Assembly: GCA_964016885.1 (NCBI GenBank)
Contig: OZ024764.1
Span: 1,674,001 to 1,738,000 of the forward strand
Length of the DNA stretch: 64,000 bases
From: Eledone cirrhosa
Taxonomy: Eukaryota
Reading direction: 5' to 3'
This document shows positions 26,898 through 39,800 of this stretch, piece by piece; position 1 is the first letter of the stretch, and the number at the start of each line of letters is the position of its first letter. The translations under genes and the position numbers were made by a program. The notes beneath the pieces are model-generated. The model had not been told where the DNA came from, made no database searches, and saw nothing but the letters and a program-made list of their open reading frames with translations.

Positions 26898-27283
26898 TAT
26901 TTTTATATTCTTATATATAATGATTGCTTATTTTAAGATTCACTTCTTGAAAAATGTTCAAATGTCAGCACTTCCAGTTAGCGTCCATTATATTATAACA
27001 TTTATCACATCACATATAAACATTCATATATTTCCCTCACAAATTTTCTCCTAATGCAGTTTATATATAATATCGTCTTTTTTAAATGTATCATGGATTA
27101 CTTTACTGATTACATAAGACAGTGTAACACAGTCTCTCTTCAATTTCTGTGTATATTGTCAATTACGATGTTATTTGATGTATTATATCTACATGTATAT
27201 ATACCTGCGTATAATATCAATATACACACCACACATGCTAGCAGAAAACCACCCGAACGGTGGTTTTTCTGCTAGTATTTCAC

Positions 27284-28048
27284 ATGAAAGACACTGTTGG
27301 TGTTTGGAACATAACTTAACAAAGGTTCTTACATAAAACTATGATGGAAGGTTTTTAGATAAATATAAACACTTTAACCCTTTCATTACCATATTTCTAA
27401 TGAAAGACACTGTTGGTGTTTGGAACATAACTTAACAAAGGTTCTTACATAAAACTATGATGGAAGGTGTTTAGATAAATATAAACACTTTAACCCTTTC
27501 ATTACCATATTTCTAATGAAAGACACTGTTGGTGTTTGGAACATAACTTAACAAAGGTTCTTACATAAAATTATGATGGAAGGTTTTTAGATAAATATAA
27601 ACACTTTAACCCTTTCATTACCATATTTCTAATGAAAGAGATTGTTGGTGTTTGGAACATAACTTAACAAAGGTTCCTACATAAAACTATGATGGAAGGT
27701 TTTTAGATAAATATAAACACTTTAACCCTTTCATTTCCATATTTCTAATGAAAGACACTGTTGGTGTTTGGAACATAACTTAACAAAGGTTCTTACATAA
27801 AATTATGATGGAAGGTTTTTAGATAAATATAAACACTTTAACCCTTTCATTACCATATTTCTAATGAAAGAGATTGTTGGTGTTGGGAACATAACTTAAC
27901 AAAGGTTCTTACATAAAACTATGATGGAAGGTTTTTAGATAAATATAAACACTTTAACCCTTTCATTACCATATTTCTAATGAAAGACACTGTTGGTGTT
28001 TGGAACATAACTTAACAAATGTTCTGACATAAAACTATGATGGAAGAT
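27284..28048. repeat. 116-bp tandem array containing a TTAACCCTTT MITE-like terminus
   Basis: Period 116; unit contains ttaaccctttcattaccatatttctaatgaaa, similar to dispersed ends at about 16350, 20790-20820 and 62375-62402. Confidence 0.85.
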
Positions 28049-28279
28049 TAAATAGAATGGAAATCACACAAAACTTAACAGAAAAAAAAAATATATGGAA
28101 AAAAAAACCCAAAACAGGATTAGTAACACACAAAATTCAACTGGCCATATAAGGGGTTTTAGGCAAGACCTGCTGGGTCTTTGCACTAAAGTGAAATAAA
28201 ATGACACCTGAACAAAGGTCACAAGAAGCAAAAGTCATATTCACTGCAAAAAAATTGAAACAAAACTGGAAAGTGCATC

Positions 28280-29750
28280 AGTTGAGCAGTAAAAACACAC
28301 CTCTGGCCCTCAACAGTCTGTTAGTCAGTGTTACCTCAGCTGAGTAGTAAAAACACACCTCTGGCCCTCAACAGTCTGTTAGTCAGTGTTACCTCAGTTC
28401 AGTTGAGCAGTAAAAACACACCTCTGGCCCTCAACAGTCTGTTAGTCAGTGTTACCTCAGCTGAGCAGTAAAAACACACCTCTGGCCCTCAACAGTCTGT
28501 TAGTCAGTGTTACCTCAGCTGAGCAGTAAAAACATACCTCTGGTCCTCAGGAACCTGTTAGTCAGTGATACCTCAGCTGAGCAGTAAAAACACACCTCTG
28601 GTCCTCAGGAACCTGTTAGTCAGTGTTACCTCAGCTGAGCAATAAAAACACACCTCTGGCCCTCAACAGTCTGTTAGTGTCACCTTACCTGAGCAGTAAA
28701 ACACACCTCTGGCCCTCAACAGTCTGTTAGTGTCACCTTACCTGAGCAGTAAAACACACCTCTGGTCCTCAACAGTCTGTTAGTCAGTGTCACCTCAGCT
28801 GAGCAGTAAAACTATATATGTGGCCCTAAGGAACCTGTTAGTCAGTGTTACCTCAGCTGAGCAGTAAAAACATACCTCTGGTCCTCAGGAACCTGTTAGT
28901 CAGTGATACCTCAGCTGAGCAGTAAAAACACACCTCTGGTCCTCAGGAACCTGTTAGTCAGTGTTACCTCAGCTGAGCAATAAAAACACACCTCTGGCCC
29001 TCAACAGTCTGTTAGTGTCACCTTACCTGAGCAGTAAAACACACCTCTGGCCCTCAACAGTCTGTTAGTGTCACCTTACCTGAGCAGTAAAACACACCTC
29101 TGGTCCTCAACAGTCTGTTAGTCAGTGTCACCTCAGCTGAGCAGTAAAACTATATATGTGGCCCTAAGGAACCTGTTAGTCAGTGTTACCTCAGCTGAGC
29201 AGTAAAAACACACCTCTGGCGCTCAGCAGTCTGTTAGTGTCACCTTACCTGAGCAGTAAAACACACCTCTGGTCCTCAAAAGTCAGTCAGTTTTACCTTA
29301 GCTGAGCAGTAAAAACACACCTCTGGCCCCCAGGAACCTGTTAGTCAGTGTTATCTCAGCTGAGCAATTAAAACACACCTCTGGCGCTCAGCAGTCTGTT
29401 AGTGTCACCTTAGCTGAGCAGTAAAACACACCTCTAGTCCTCAACAGTCTGTTAGCCAGTGTCACCTCAGCTGAGCAGTAAAACTATATATGTGGCCCTA
29501 AGGAACCTGTTAGTCAGTGTCATCTCAGCTGAGGAGTAAAAATATATTTCTGGCCCTCAGCAGTCTGTTAGCCAGTGTCACCTTAGCTGAGCAGTAAAAA
29601 CACACTTCAAGCCCTCAAGAGTCTGTTATTTGGTGTTACCTTAACGAGGCAACAAAACAAACCTCTGGCCCTCTTATAGTCATTGTCACCTTAGCTAAAC
29701 AATAAATACACCCCTCAAGCCCCCAGCAGTCTGTTAGTCAGTGTCACTGG
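28280..29750. repeat. Approximately 53-58-bp tandem array with higher-order duplication
   Basis: Unit agctgagcagtaaaaacacacctctggccctcaacagtctgttagtcagtgttacctc; a variant block is repeated (about 28520-28860 vs 28860-29200). Confidence 0.9.
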
Positions 29751-29875
29751 CCGATTTTAAAACCCAGTCCTCTTCTGGTAACACATGTTAATATTTTGGG
29801 TGGGGCAAAAGGGTGAGTGTGGTCACACGATGAGGGAGGGGAACTCACACAGGGGGTAACACACAACCATCATAC

Positions 29876-29950
29876 CATCTTTGTCAATTTTTGTTTCTTT
29901 TACCACCGGCTGGGGTTTGGGTTTGGATTTCTCAGTCTCAGATTGACCTC
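29876..29950 (-). CDS. EMC6: Candidate in-frame cassette exon of EMC6 (GGQSETEKSKPKPQPVVKETKIDKD)
   Basis: Polypyrimidine tract tttttgttgcccttcttcag acceptor, G|gtatga donor, 75 nt, phase 1-1, no stop in the EMC6 frame. No homology support. Confidence 0.55.
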
Positions 29951-30159
29951 CTGAAGAAGGGCAACAAAAATATAAAGAGAAAAAAACATAAACACAATCT
30001 TATATACACTAGACCTGCTGTGACCCGTTGGGTCATGTTCCCTTCAAAATATTTTTTTTAAATCATCTTCACTTAAAAATAATTTTTAAATTAAAATATA
30101 CACAGACATGTATATAATGTGAAATGAAACTGGAAGGCGTATATATATACGTGCGTGTA

Positions 30160-30493
30160 TCATCATCATTTTACATCCGCTTCTCCCTGCTTGCAAGGGT
30201 GGGACGGGAACTGATTCTGGCTTGATTTCTACAGCTGGATGCCCTTCCTAACACCAACCTCATTTACAGTGAGTGCTGGGTGCTTTTTTTGCCGTGGCAT
30301 CTCCACGACCACTTTACAGTGGAATGATAGGGACCCTAGTCCCTATCATCTCATTTCTACAGCTGAGTAAACTGGAGCAGAGTGAAATAAAGTGTCTTGC
30401 TCAAGGAAACAACACATCACCCGGTCTGAGAATTGAACTCACAACCTTTCGATTGCAAGGCCAATGCTCTAACCACTAAGCCATGTGCCTCCA
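30160..30493 (-). mobile_element. Full-length tRNA/CORE-like SINE with RTE-type 3' tail (family 1)
   Basis: A box tggcttagtgg, B box gagttcaattc, ccttgagcaagacacttta, tail gttggtgttaggaagggcatccagc...(tga)n shared with the RTE 3'UTR. Confidence 0.88.
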
Positions 30494-31362
30494 TATATAT
30501 ACATATGGATAGATAGGAAAAGAGTAAGGACCCCGACGGCTGAGCTCCGGCCGTTTCGACAGCTTGATCCGATCTATCTGTCGAAACGGCCGGAGCTCAG
30601 CTGTCGGGCTTCTGACTCTTTTTCCTATTACCCACTCTACTACCTTAAGTATTGAGTACTCTGATGCATTATGGTCCACCGGGTATCTTACCATACTTTC
30701 TTTGTTATATAGATAGATAGATGGATAGATAGATATATTTCTTTATTTACCATAAAGGTATAAAAAGAGGGACAAATACAAAGGGGGAGTTTACATAAAA
30801 CCGAGTAAAAAGGGTATAAAATGAAAATAATCAAAAACAACCTCAAAAGGGGGGGACGTGATGGGGGTTGCACACACCCCCGAAAAAGTGTGCAATCCTT
30901 TGCCCGGGGAGCACATGGAGAAGGTGCTCCCCTCTCCTTCACTTCTTTACCTACAGGATGGTATACAGAGAAGGCCCATTTACACGAGCCTTTCTCGCCA
31001 TATAGATAGATAGATAGATAGATAAAAAAGGATAAAGATCCCATGACGCCTTGTCTAGTCGTAGTCACCCTCATACGGCGTGTCTAGGGCACTTTTAAAA
31101 ATGGTGGAGCCCAACCCTCTTAAGGTCTGAACACAGCCGAGGTTTTTCTATAGAGGAAGAATCGACCCCAGTACATGACCGGTACTTTTTTTTTTATTGA
31201 CCTCGAAAGCGTAAGGCAACATTTGCCATACCGGGTCTTGGACATGGAGTGCTCTGGTGAGCCAATAGTGACTAGACGTTAAACACAAATATATTTATAT
31301 GTATATATGGAAGAGCTAAAGGCAACAAACTGGAAAGATGGAAGGACGAAAAGGCAACAAAC

Positions 31363-31408
31363 CTGGTCGCGATTTTCTTGTCTTTAAAGCGATTGTTGTA
31401 GTAGCCAT
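31363..31408 (-). CDS. EMC6: EMC6 coding exon 1 (MATTTIALKTRKSRP + G, phase-1 end)
   Basis: aacaacATGG start context at 31408; 46 nt open frame ending CAG|gtttgt; joins exon 2 in frame (G|AT = Asp), giving a typical EMC6 length; lies in a CpG-richer unique region. Confidence 0.85.
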
Positions 31409-31600
31409 GTTGTTTCAGTTGGTTCGTGTGTGTGTGTAAACGTCACGTAATCTGTGTGACGTCAGAGGTATTTGTGTACGTTTAGTTATCTCCCCTACAC
31501 TGCGTAGCTCAAACCAGACTGAATATTTCTTGCAGCTTTCCTTTTGCATTACAGTTCACGTTCTTCCGCGCCGCATTGTGTGACAGGCCATAACACCATA
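31409..31600 (-). promoter_or_regulatory. EMC6 5'UTR/core promoter with CRE/ATF-type motifs
   Basis: Palindromic TGACGTCA at about 31457-31464 and acgtcacgt at about 31440-31448; locally CpG-enriched unique sequence just upstream of the ATG. Confidence 0.5.
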
Positions 31601-31624
31601 TAACCCTTTCCACCTACTTCAGTA

Positions 31625-32090
31625 TTTAATACCCTAGGCTAGCTCTACAAAGTGTACCTGGGTATTTGCTACCCTAGGTTAGCTCTACAATGTGCACCTG
31701 GGTATTTAGTACCCTAGGTTAGCTCTACAATGTGTACCCTGGGTATTTAGTACACTAGACTAGCTCTACAATGTGTACCTGGGTATTTAGTACCCTAGGT
31801 TAGCTCTACAATGTGTACCTGGGTATTTAGTACCCTAGGTTAGCTCTACAATGTGTACCTAGGTATTTAGTGCCCTAGGTTAGCTCTACAATGTGTACCT
31901 GGGTATTTAGTACCCTAGGCTAGCTCTACAATGTGTACCTGGGTATTTAGTACCCTAGGCTAGCTCTACAATATGTACCTGGGTATTTAGTACCCTAGGC
32001 TAGCTCTACTGTATGTACCTAGGTATTTAGTACCCTAGGCTAGTTCTACAATGTGTACCTGGGTATTTAGACCCTAGGTTAGCTCTACAA
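31625..32090. repeat. 40-bp VNTR (about 11 units) immediately upstream of the EMC6 promoter
   Basis: Unit gggtatttagtaccctaggttagctctacaatgtgtacct. Confidence 0.92.
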
Positions 32091-32109
32091 AATGGTATGT
32101 CTACTCTTC

Positions 32110-33105
32110 AAGTTCCTTTGGAAGAGACGGTCCCCATTGGTGAGAAGATCCATCTGCTGCCAACACCCTTCCAATGGAGGGCTGGGCATGCCATGGCTTA
32201 TGATGCACAAACACACACTGAGGCTCTGCCATCTCCAGGTATTCCACAACTTGTCTCGCTAATGTAGCTGCAGTCATTGATCAAGCAAAGATCTAAAATG
32301 GGTGCCTAGCACCTTGTGTGCGCTCAGGCACTCACAGGCCTCTACCAAGTGGAAACGGCAATCAGCAGAGACTCCACGTCAACATTCTATAGGTGGTTAG
32401 TGGATGATAAGTTCGACGACATTCTCGGGGAGTCTCTCGGTTAGGTATGCAACATATTCCATTGGGGGGCCACTTTTGAACATTGGAACAACTATTAGGG
32501 CCATTAATATTTATTAAGCACTATTCCAAAGATTCACCACAACTTCTTTCCATAACATGGAACTGGGAAATTATAACACACATATCCCTATCAGTGAAGC
32601 CCTTTAGTATAGGTCAACTGGGAAATTATAACATATAACCCTATCAGTGAAGCCCTTTAGTATAGGTCAACTAACAGAAGTATTACGGTTACAAAAAAAA
32701 TTCTAAATAAGCCTACAAGGTAAAAATTAAAAACTCACCGCGGGCCGCCTGTTGCACGCCCCTACTCTAGGTGTTGAAGAGGACGAATTGGCCAGTTTGT
32801 TCGGGAGGACTTTCCACCCAAAGACTATGGATAACTCCCAGAGGTCTCAGGCCTGGGAGTGCTACCAAGACGCTCTACCAGTTTGAGACATGATCTACAG
32901 TCACGGACGCCCTGTCAGGGATCTCGCCAAAAGGACCTGTCCAAGATGCGAGCAGGACATTGAAACCATTCTGCACGCAATTGTTCAGTGCCCAGGGGTG
33001 ACTGACCTGTAGAATTATGTCGAACAGCTACTGTCACGTGTGGGTCACATCCAGTTGTCAGCCAAGTCCATCGTGAGGATCACCCCACCGCCTTCATTTA
33101 AAAAG
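32110..33105 (+). mobile_element. L1/Tx1-like LINE ORF2 fragments
   Basis: FLWKRRSPLVRRSICCQHPSNGGLGMP (about 32113-32190) and zf-RVT-like TCPRCEQDIETILHAIVQCP (about 32935-32995). Confidence 0.75.
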
Positions 33106-33149
33106 GTTTCACATTGAGGTTTTTATTGATATGGCTCAGTTATGTCAGT

Positions 33150-33835
33150 TTCACAGATGGGTGACTCAGGATCTATGTTAGACCTGACACCAGCCCTAAT
33201 CTGCTCATCACAGATGGGTGACTCAGGATCTATGTTAGACCTGACACCAGCCCTAATCTGCTCATCACAGATGGGTGACTCAGGATCTATGTTAGACCTG
33301 ACACCAGCCCTAATCTGCTCATCACAGATGGGTGACTCAGGATCTATGTTAGACCTGACACCAGCCCTAATCTGCTCATCACAGATGGGTGACTCAGGAT
33401 CTATGTTAGACCTGACACCAGCCCCAATCTGCTCATCACAGATGGGTGACTCAGGATCTATATTAGACCTGACACCAGCCCCAATCTGCTCAGCACAGAT
33501 GGGTGACTCAGGATCTATGTTAGACCTGACACCAGCCCTAATCTGCTCAGCACAGATGGGTGACTCAGGATCTATGTTAGACCTGACACCAGCCCCAATC
33601 TGCTCATCACAGATGGGTGACTCAGGATCTATATTAGACCTGACACCAGCCCCAATCTGCTCAGCACAGATGGGTGACTCAGGATCTATATTAGACCTGA
33701 CACCAGCCCCAATCTGCTCATCACAGATGGGTGACTCAGGATCTATATTAGACCTGACACCAGCCCCAATCTGCTCAGCACAGATGGGTGACTCAGGATC
33801 TATGTTAGACTTAACTTCAGCCCCAATCTCCTCAT
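33150..33835. repeat. 57-bp tandem array (about 12 units)
   Basis: 19-aa periodicity in ORF 33142-34179. Confidence 0.92.
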
Positions 33836-33879
33836 CAAACTTGTTAGTCTGGCAAAACCAGAATCACAGATTCTGTTCT

Positions 33880-36800
33880 GTCTCTGTGGATGGTATGACC
33901 ATCTCCCCATTCCGCAGTGGAAAACCCCCGATCTGTGATGCCACATGCAGCGACACGTTCTCCAGTGGTAACCTGGTGCAGTCTGTGACTAACCCAGGCT
34001 CTGCTGCACTTCGGTCTGAGGAGTGTAAACTCTCCAAGTATTGGTTGCTCTCCCACATGTTTGTGGTCAAGCCCCTAGCAGTGGAGACTTCTGGTGCCCT
34101 TGGCCCTAGGATTACTTCCCTACTGACCACAGAGTTGGCTACCTGTAGCAGTGGAGTTTTCTGGTGTTCTTGGCCCTAGGACCACCTCCCTACTCATCAC
34201 AGAGTTGGCTACCTGTAGCAGTGGAGACTTCTGGTGTCGTTGGCCCTAGGACCACCTCCCTACTCACCACAGAGTTGGCTACCTGTAGCAGTGGAGACTT
34301 CTGGTGTCCTTGGCCCTAGGACCACCTCCCTACTCACCACAGAGTTGGCTACCTGTAGCAGTGAAGACTTCTGGGGTCCTTGACCCTAGGACCACCTCCC
34401 TACTCACCACAGAGTTGGCTACCTGTAGCAGTGGAGACTTCTGGTGTCCTTGGCCCTAGGACCACTTCCCTACTCACCACAGAGTTGGCTACCTGTAGCA
34501 GTGGAGTTTTCTGGTGTTCTTGGCCCTAGGACCACCTCCCTACTCATCACAGAGTTGGCTACCTGTAGCAGTGGAGACTTCTGGTGTTCTTGGCCCTAGG
34601 ACCACCTCCCTACTCATCACAGAGTTGGCTACCTGTAGCAGTGGAGACTTCTGGTGTCGTTGGCCCTAGGACCACCTCCCTACTCACCACAGAGTTGGCT
34701 ACCTGTAGCAGTGGAGACTTCTGGTGTCCTTGGCCCTAGGACCACCTCCCTACTCACCACAGAGTTGGCTACCTGTAGCAGTGAAGACTTCTGGGGTCCT
34801 TGACCCTAGGACCACCTCCCTACTCACCACAGAGTTGGCTACCTGTAGCAGTGGAGACTTCTGGTGTCCTTGGCCCTAGGACCACTTCCCTACTCACCAC
34901 AGAGTTGGCTACCTGTAGCAGTGGAGTTTTCTGGTGTTCTTGGCCCTAGGACCACCTCCCTACTCATCACAGAGTTGGCTACCTGTAGCAGTGGAGACTT
35001 CTGGTGTCCTTGGCCCTAGGACCACCTCTCTACTGACCACAGAGTTGGCTACCTGTAGCAGTGGAGACTTCTGGTGTCCTTGGCCCTAGGACCACCTCCC
35101 TACTGACCACAGAGTTGGCTACCTGTAGCAGTGGAGACTTCTGGTGTCCTTGGCCCTAGGACCACCTCCCTACTCACCACAGAGTTGGCTACCTGTAGCA
35201 GTGGAGACTTCTGGTGTCCCTGGCCCTAGGACCACCTCCCTACTCACCACAGTTGGCTACCTGTAGCAGTGGAGACTTCTGGTGTCCTTGGCCCTAGGAC
35301 CACCTCCCTACTGACCACAGAGTTGGCTACCTGTAGCAGTGGAGACTTCTGGTGTCCTTGGCCCTAGGACCACCTCCCTACTCACCACAGAGTTGGCTAC
35401 CTGTAGCAGTGGAGACTTCTGGTGTCCTTGGCCCTAGGACCACCTCCCTACTCACCACAGAGTTGGCTACCTGTAGCAGTGGAGACTTCTGGTGTCCTTG
35501 GCCCTAGGACCACCTCCCTACTGACCACAGAGTTGGCTACCTGTAGCAGTGGAGACTTCTGGTGTCCTTGGCCCTAGGACCACCTCCCTACTCACCACAG
35601 AGTTGGCTACCTGTAGCAGTGGAGACTTCTGGTGTCCCTGGCCCTAGGACCACCTCCCTACTCACCACAGTTGGCTACCTGTAGCAGTGGAGACTTCTGG
35701 TGTCCTTGGCCCTAGGACCACCTCCCTACTGACCACAGAGTTGGTTACCTGTAGCAGTGGAGACTTCTGGTGTCCTTGGCCCTAGGACCACCTCCCTACT
35801 GACCACAGAGTTGGTTACCTGTAGCAGTGGAGACTTCTGGTGTCCTTGGCCCTAGGACCACCTCCCTACTGACCACAGAGTTGGCTACCTGTAGCAGTGG
35901 AGACTTCTGGTGTCCTTGGCCCTAGGACCACCTCCCTACTCACCACAGAGTTGGCTACCTCTAGCAGTGGAGACTTCTGGTGTCCTTGGCCCTAGGACCA
36001 CCTCCCTACTGACCACAGAGTTGGTTACCTGTAGCAGTGGAGACTTCTGGTGTCCTTGGCCCTAGGACCACCATCCTACTGACCACAGAGTTGGCTACCT
36101 GTAGCAGTGGAGACTTCTGGTGTCCTTGGCCCTAGGACCACCTCCCTACTCACCACAGTTGGCTACCTGTAGCAGTGGAGACTTCTGGTGTCCTTGGCCC
36201 TAGGACCACCATCCTACTGACCACAGAGTTGGCTACCTGTAGCAGTGGAGACTTCTGGTGTGCTAGGCTCTAGGACCACCTCCCTACTGACCACAGAGTT
36301 GGTTACCTGTAGCAGTGGAGACTTCTGGTGTCCTTGGCCCTAGGACCACCTCCCTACTGACCACAGAGTTGGCTACCTGTAGCAGTGGAGACTTCTGGTG
36401 TCCTTGGCCCTAGGACCACCTCCCTACTCACCACAGAGTTGGCTACCTGTAGCAGTGGAGACTTCTGGTGTCCTTGGCCCTAGGACCACCTCCCTACTCA
36501 CCACAGTTGGCTACCTGTAGCAGTGGAGACTTCTGGTGTCCCTGGCCCTAGGACCACCTCCCTACTGACCACAGAGTTGGCTACCTGTAGCAGTGGAGAC
36601 TTCTGGTGTCCCTGGCCCTAGGACCACCTCCCTACTCACCACAGAGTTGGCTACCTGTAGCAGTGGAGACTTCTGGTGTGCTAGGCTCTAGGACCACCTC
36701 CCTACTCACCACAGAGTTGGCTACCTCTAGCAGTGGAGACTTCTGGTGTCCTTGGCCCTAGGACCACCTCCCTACTGACCACAGAGTTGGTTACCTGTAG

Positions 36801-39800
36801 CAGTGGAGACTTCTGGTGTCCTTGGCCCTAGGACCACCATCCTACTGACCACAGAGTTGGCTACCTGTAGCAGTGGAGACTTCTGGTGTCCTTGGCCCTA
36901 GGACCACCTCCCTACTCACCACAGAGTTGGCTACCTGTAGCAGTGGAGACTTCTGGTGTCCTTGGCCCTAGGACCACCTCCCTACTCACCACAGAGTTGG
37001 CTACCTGTAGCAGTGGAGACTTCTGGTGTCCTTGGCCCTAGGACCACCTCCCTACTCACCACAGAGTTGGTTACCTGTAGCAGTGGAGACTTCTGGTGTC
37101 CTTGGCCCTAGGACAACCTCCCTACTGACCACAGAGTTGGCTACCTGTAGCAGTGGAGACTTCTGGTGTCCTTGGCCCTAGGACCACCTCCCTACTCACC
37201 ACAGAGTTGGCTACCTCTAGCAGTGGAGACTTCTGGTGTCCTTGGCCCTAGGACCACCTCCCTACTGACCACAGAGTTGGTTACCTGTAGCAGTGGAGAC
37301 TTCTGGTGTCCTTGGCCCTAGGACCACCATCCTACTGACCACAGAGTTGGCTACCTGTAGCAGTGGAGACTTCTGGTGTCCTTGGCCCTAGGACCACCTC
37401 CCTACTCACCACAGTTGGCTACCTGTAGCAGTGGAGACTTCTGGTGTCCTTGGCCCTAGGACCACCATCCTACTGACCACAGAGTTGGCTACCTGTAGCA
37501 GTGGAGACTTCTGGTGTGCTAGGCTCTAGGACCACCTCCCTACTGACCACAGAGTTGGTTACCTGTAGCAGTGGAGACTTCTGGTGTCCTTGGCCCTAGG
37601 ACCACCTCCCTACTGACCACAGAGTTGGCTACCTGTAGCAGTGGAGACTTCTGGTGTCCTTGGCCCTAGGACCACCTCCCTACTCACCACAGAGTTGGCT
37701 ACCTGTAGCAGTGGAGACTTCTGGTGTCCTTGGCCCTAGGACCACCTCCCTACTCACCACAGTTGGCTACCTGTAGCAGTGGAGACTTCTGGTGTCCCTG
37801 GCCCTAGGACCACCTCCCTACTGACCACAGAGTTGGCTACCTGTAGCAGTGGAGACTTCTGGTGTCCCTGGCCCTAGGACCACCTCCCTACTCACCACAG
37901 AGTTGGCTACCTGTAGCAGTGGAGACTTCTGGTGTGCTAGGCTCTAGGACCACCTCCCTACTCACCACAGAGTTGGCTACCTCTAGCAGTGGAGACTTCT
38001 GGTGTCCTTGGCCCTAGGACCACCTCCCTACTGACCACAGAGTTGGTTACCTGTAGCAGTGGAGACTTCTGGTGTCCTTGGCCCTAGGACCACCATCCTA
38101 CTGACCACAGAGTTGGCTACCTGTAGCAGTGGAGACTTCTGGTGTCGTTGGCCCTAGGACCACCTCCCTACTGACCACAGAGTTGGCTTCTGGTGTCTTT
38201 GGCCCTAGGACAACCTCCCTACTGACCACAGAGTTGGCTACCTGTAGCAGTGGAGACTTCTGGTGTCCTTGGCCCTAGGACCACCTCCCTACTCACCACA
38301 GAGTTGGCTACCTGTAGCAGTGGAGACTTCTGGTGTCCTTGGCCCTAGGACCACCTCCCTACTGACCACAGAGTTGGCTACCTGTAGCAGTGGAGACTTC
38401 TGGTGTCCTTGGCCCTAGGACCACCATCCTACTGACCACAGAGTTGGCTACCTGTAGCAGTGGAGACTTCTGGTGTCCTTGGCCCTAGGACCACCTCCCT
38501 ACTCACCACAGAGTTGGCTACCTGTAGCAGTGGAGACTTCTGGTGTCCTTGGCCCTAGGACCACCTCCCTACTGACCACAGAGTTGGTTACCTGTAGCAG
38601 TGGAGACTTCTGGTGTGCTAGGCTCTAGGACCACCTCCCTACTCACCACAGAGTTGGCTACCTCTAGCAGTGGAGACTTCTGGTGTCCTTGGCCCTAGGA
38701 CCACCTCCCTACTTACCACAGAGTTGGCTACCTGTAGCAGTGGAGACTTCTGGTGTCCTTGGCCCTAGGACCACCTCCCTACTTACCACAGAGTTGGCTA
38801 CCTGTAGCAGTGGAGACTTCTGGTGTCCTTGGCCCTAGGACCACCTCCCTACTCACCACAGAGTTGGTTACGTGTAGCAGTGGAGACTTCTGGTGTCCTT
38901 GGCCCTAGGACCACCTCCCTACTGACCACAGAGTTGGCTACCTGTAGCAGTGGAGACTTCTGGTGTCCTTGGCCCTAGGACCACCATCCTACTGACCACA
39001 GAGTTGGCTACCTGTAGCAGTGGAGACTTCTGGTGTCCCTGGCCCTAGGACCACCTCCCTACTCACCACAGAGTTGGCTACCTGTAGCAGTGGAGACTTC
39101 TGGTGTGCTAGGCTCTAGGACCACCTCCCTACTCACCACAGAGTTGGCTACCTCTAGCAGTGGAGACTTCTGGTGTCCTTGGCCCTAGGACCACCTCCCT
39201 ACTCACCACAGAGTTGGCTACCTGTAGCAGTGGAGACTTCTGGTGTCCTTGGCCCTAGGACCACCTCCCTACTGACCACAGAGTTGGTTACCTGTAGCAG
39301 TGGAGACTTCTGGTGTGCTAGGCTCTAGGACCACCTCCCTACTGACCACAGAGTTGGTTACCTGTAGCAGTGGAGACTTCTGGTGTCCTTGGCCCTAGGA
39401 CCACCTCCCTACTGACCACAGAGTTGGCTACCTGTAGCAGTGGAGACTTCTGGTGTCCTTGGCCCTAGGACCACCTCCCTACTCACCACAGAGTTGGCTA
39501 CCTGTAGCAGTGGAGACTTCTGGTGTCCTTGGCCCTAGGACCACCTCCCTACTCACCACAGTTGGCTACCTGTAGCAGTGGAGACTTCTGGTGTCCCTGG
39601 CCCTAGGACCACCTCCCTACTGACCACAGAGTTGGCTACCTGTAGCAGTGGAGACTTCTGGTGTCCCTGGCCCTAGGACCACCTCCCTACTCACCACAGA
39701 GTTGGCTACCTGTAGCAGTGGAGACTTCTGGTGTGCTAGGCTCTAGGACCACCTCCCTACTCACCACAGAGTTGGCTACCTCTAGCAGTGGAGACTTCTG

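Noticed and set aside
30400-30493. tRNA gene candidates at SINE heads (also 23040-23110, 50420-50499, 50719-50790)
   Set aside because: The A/B boxes continue into SINE bodies and tails and do not form a proper acceptor stem; they are tRNA-derived SINEs.
33142-34179. 345-aa ORF with 19-aa repeats
   Set aside because: It is a chance fusion of a 57-bp array with a decayed CRE retrotransposon fragment, not a host gene.
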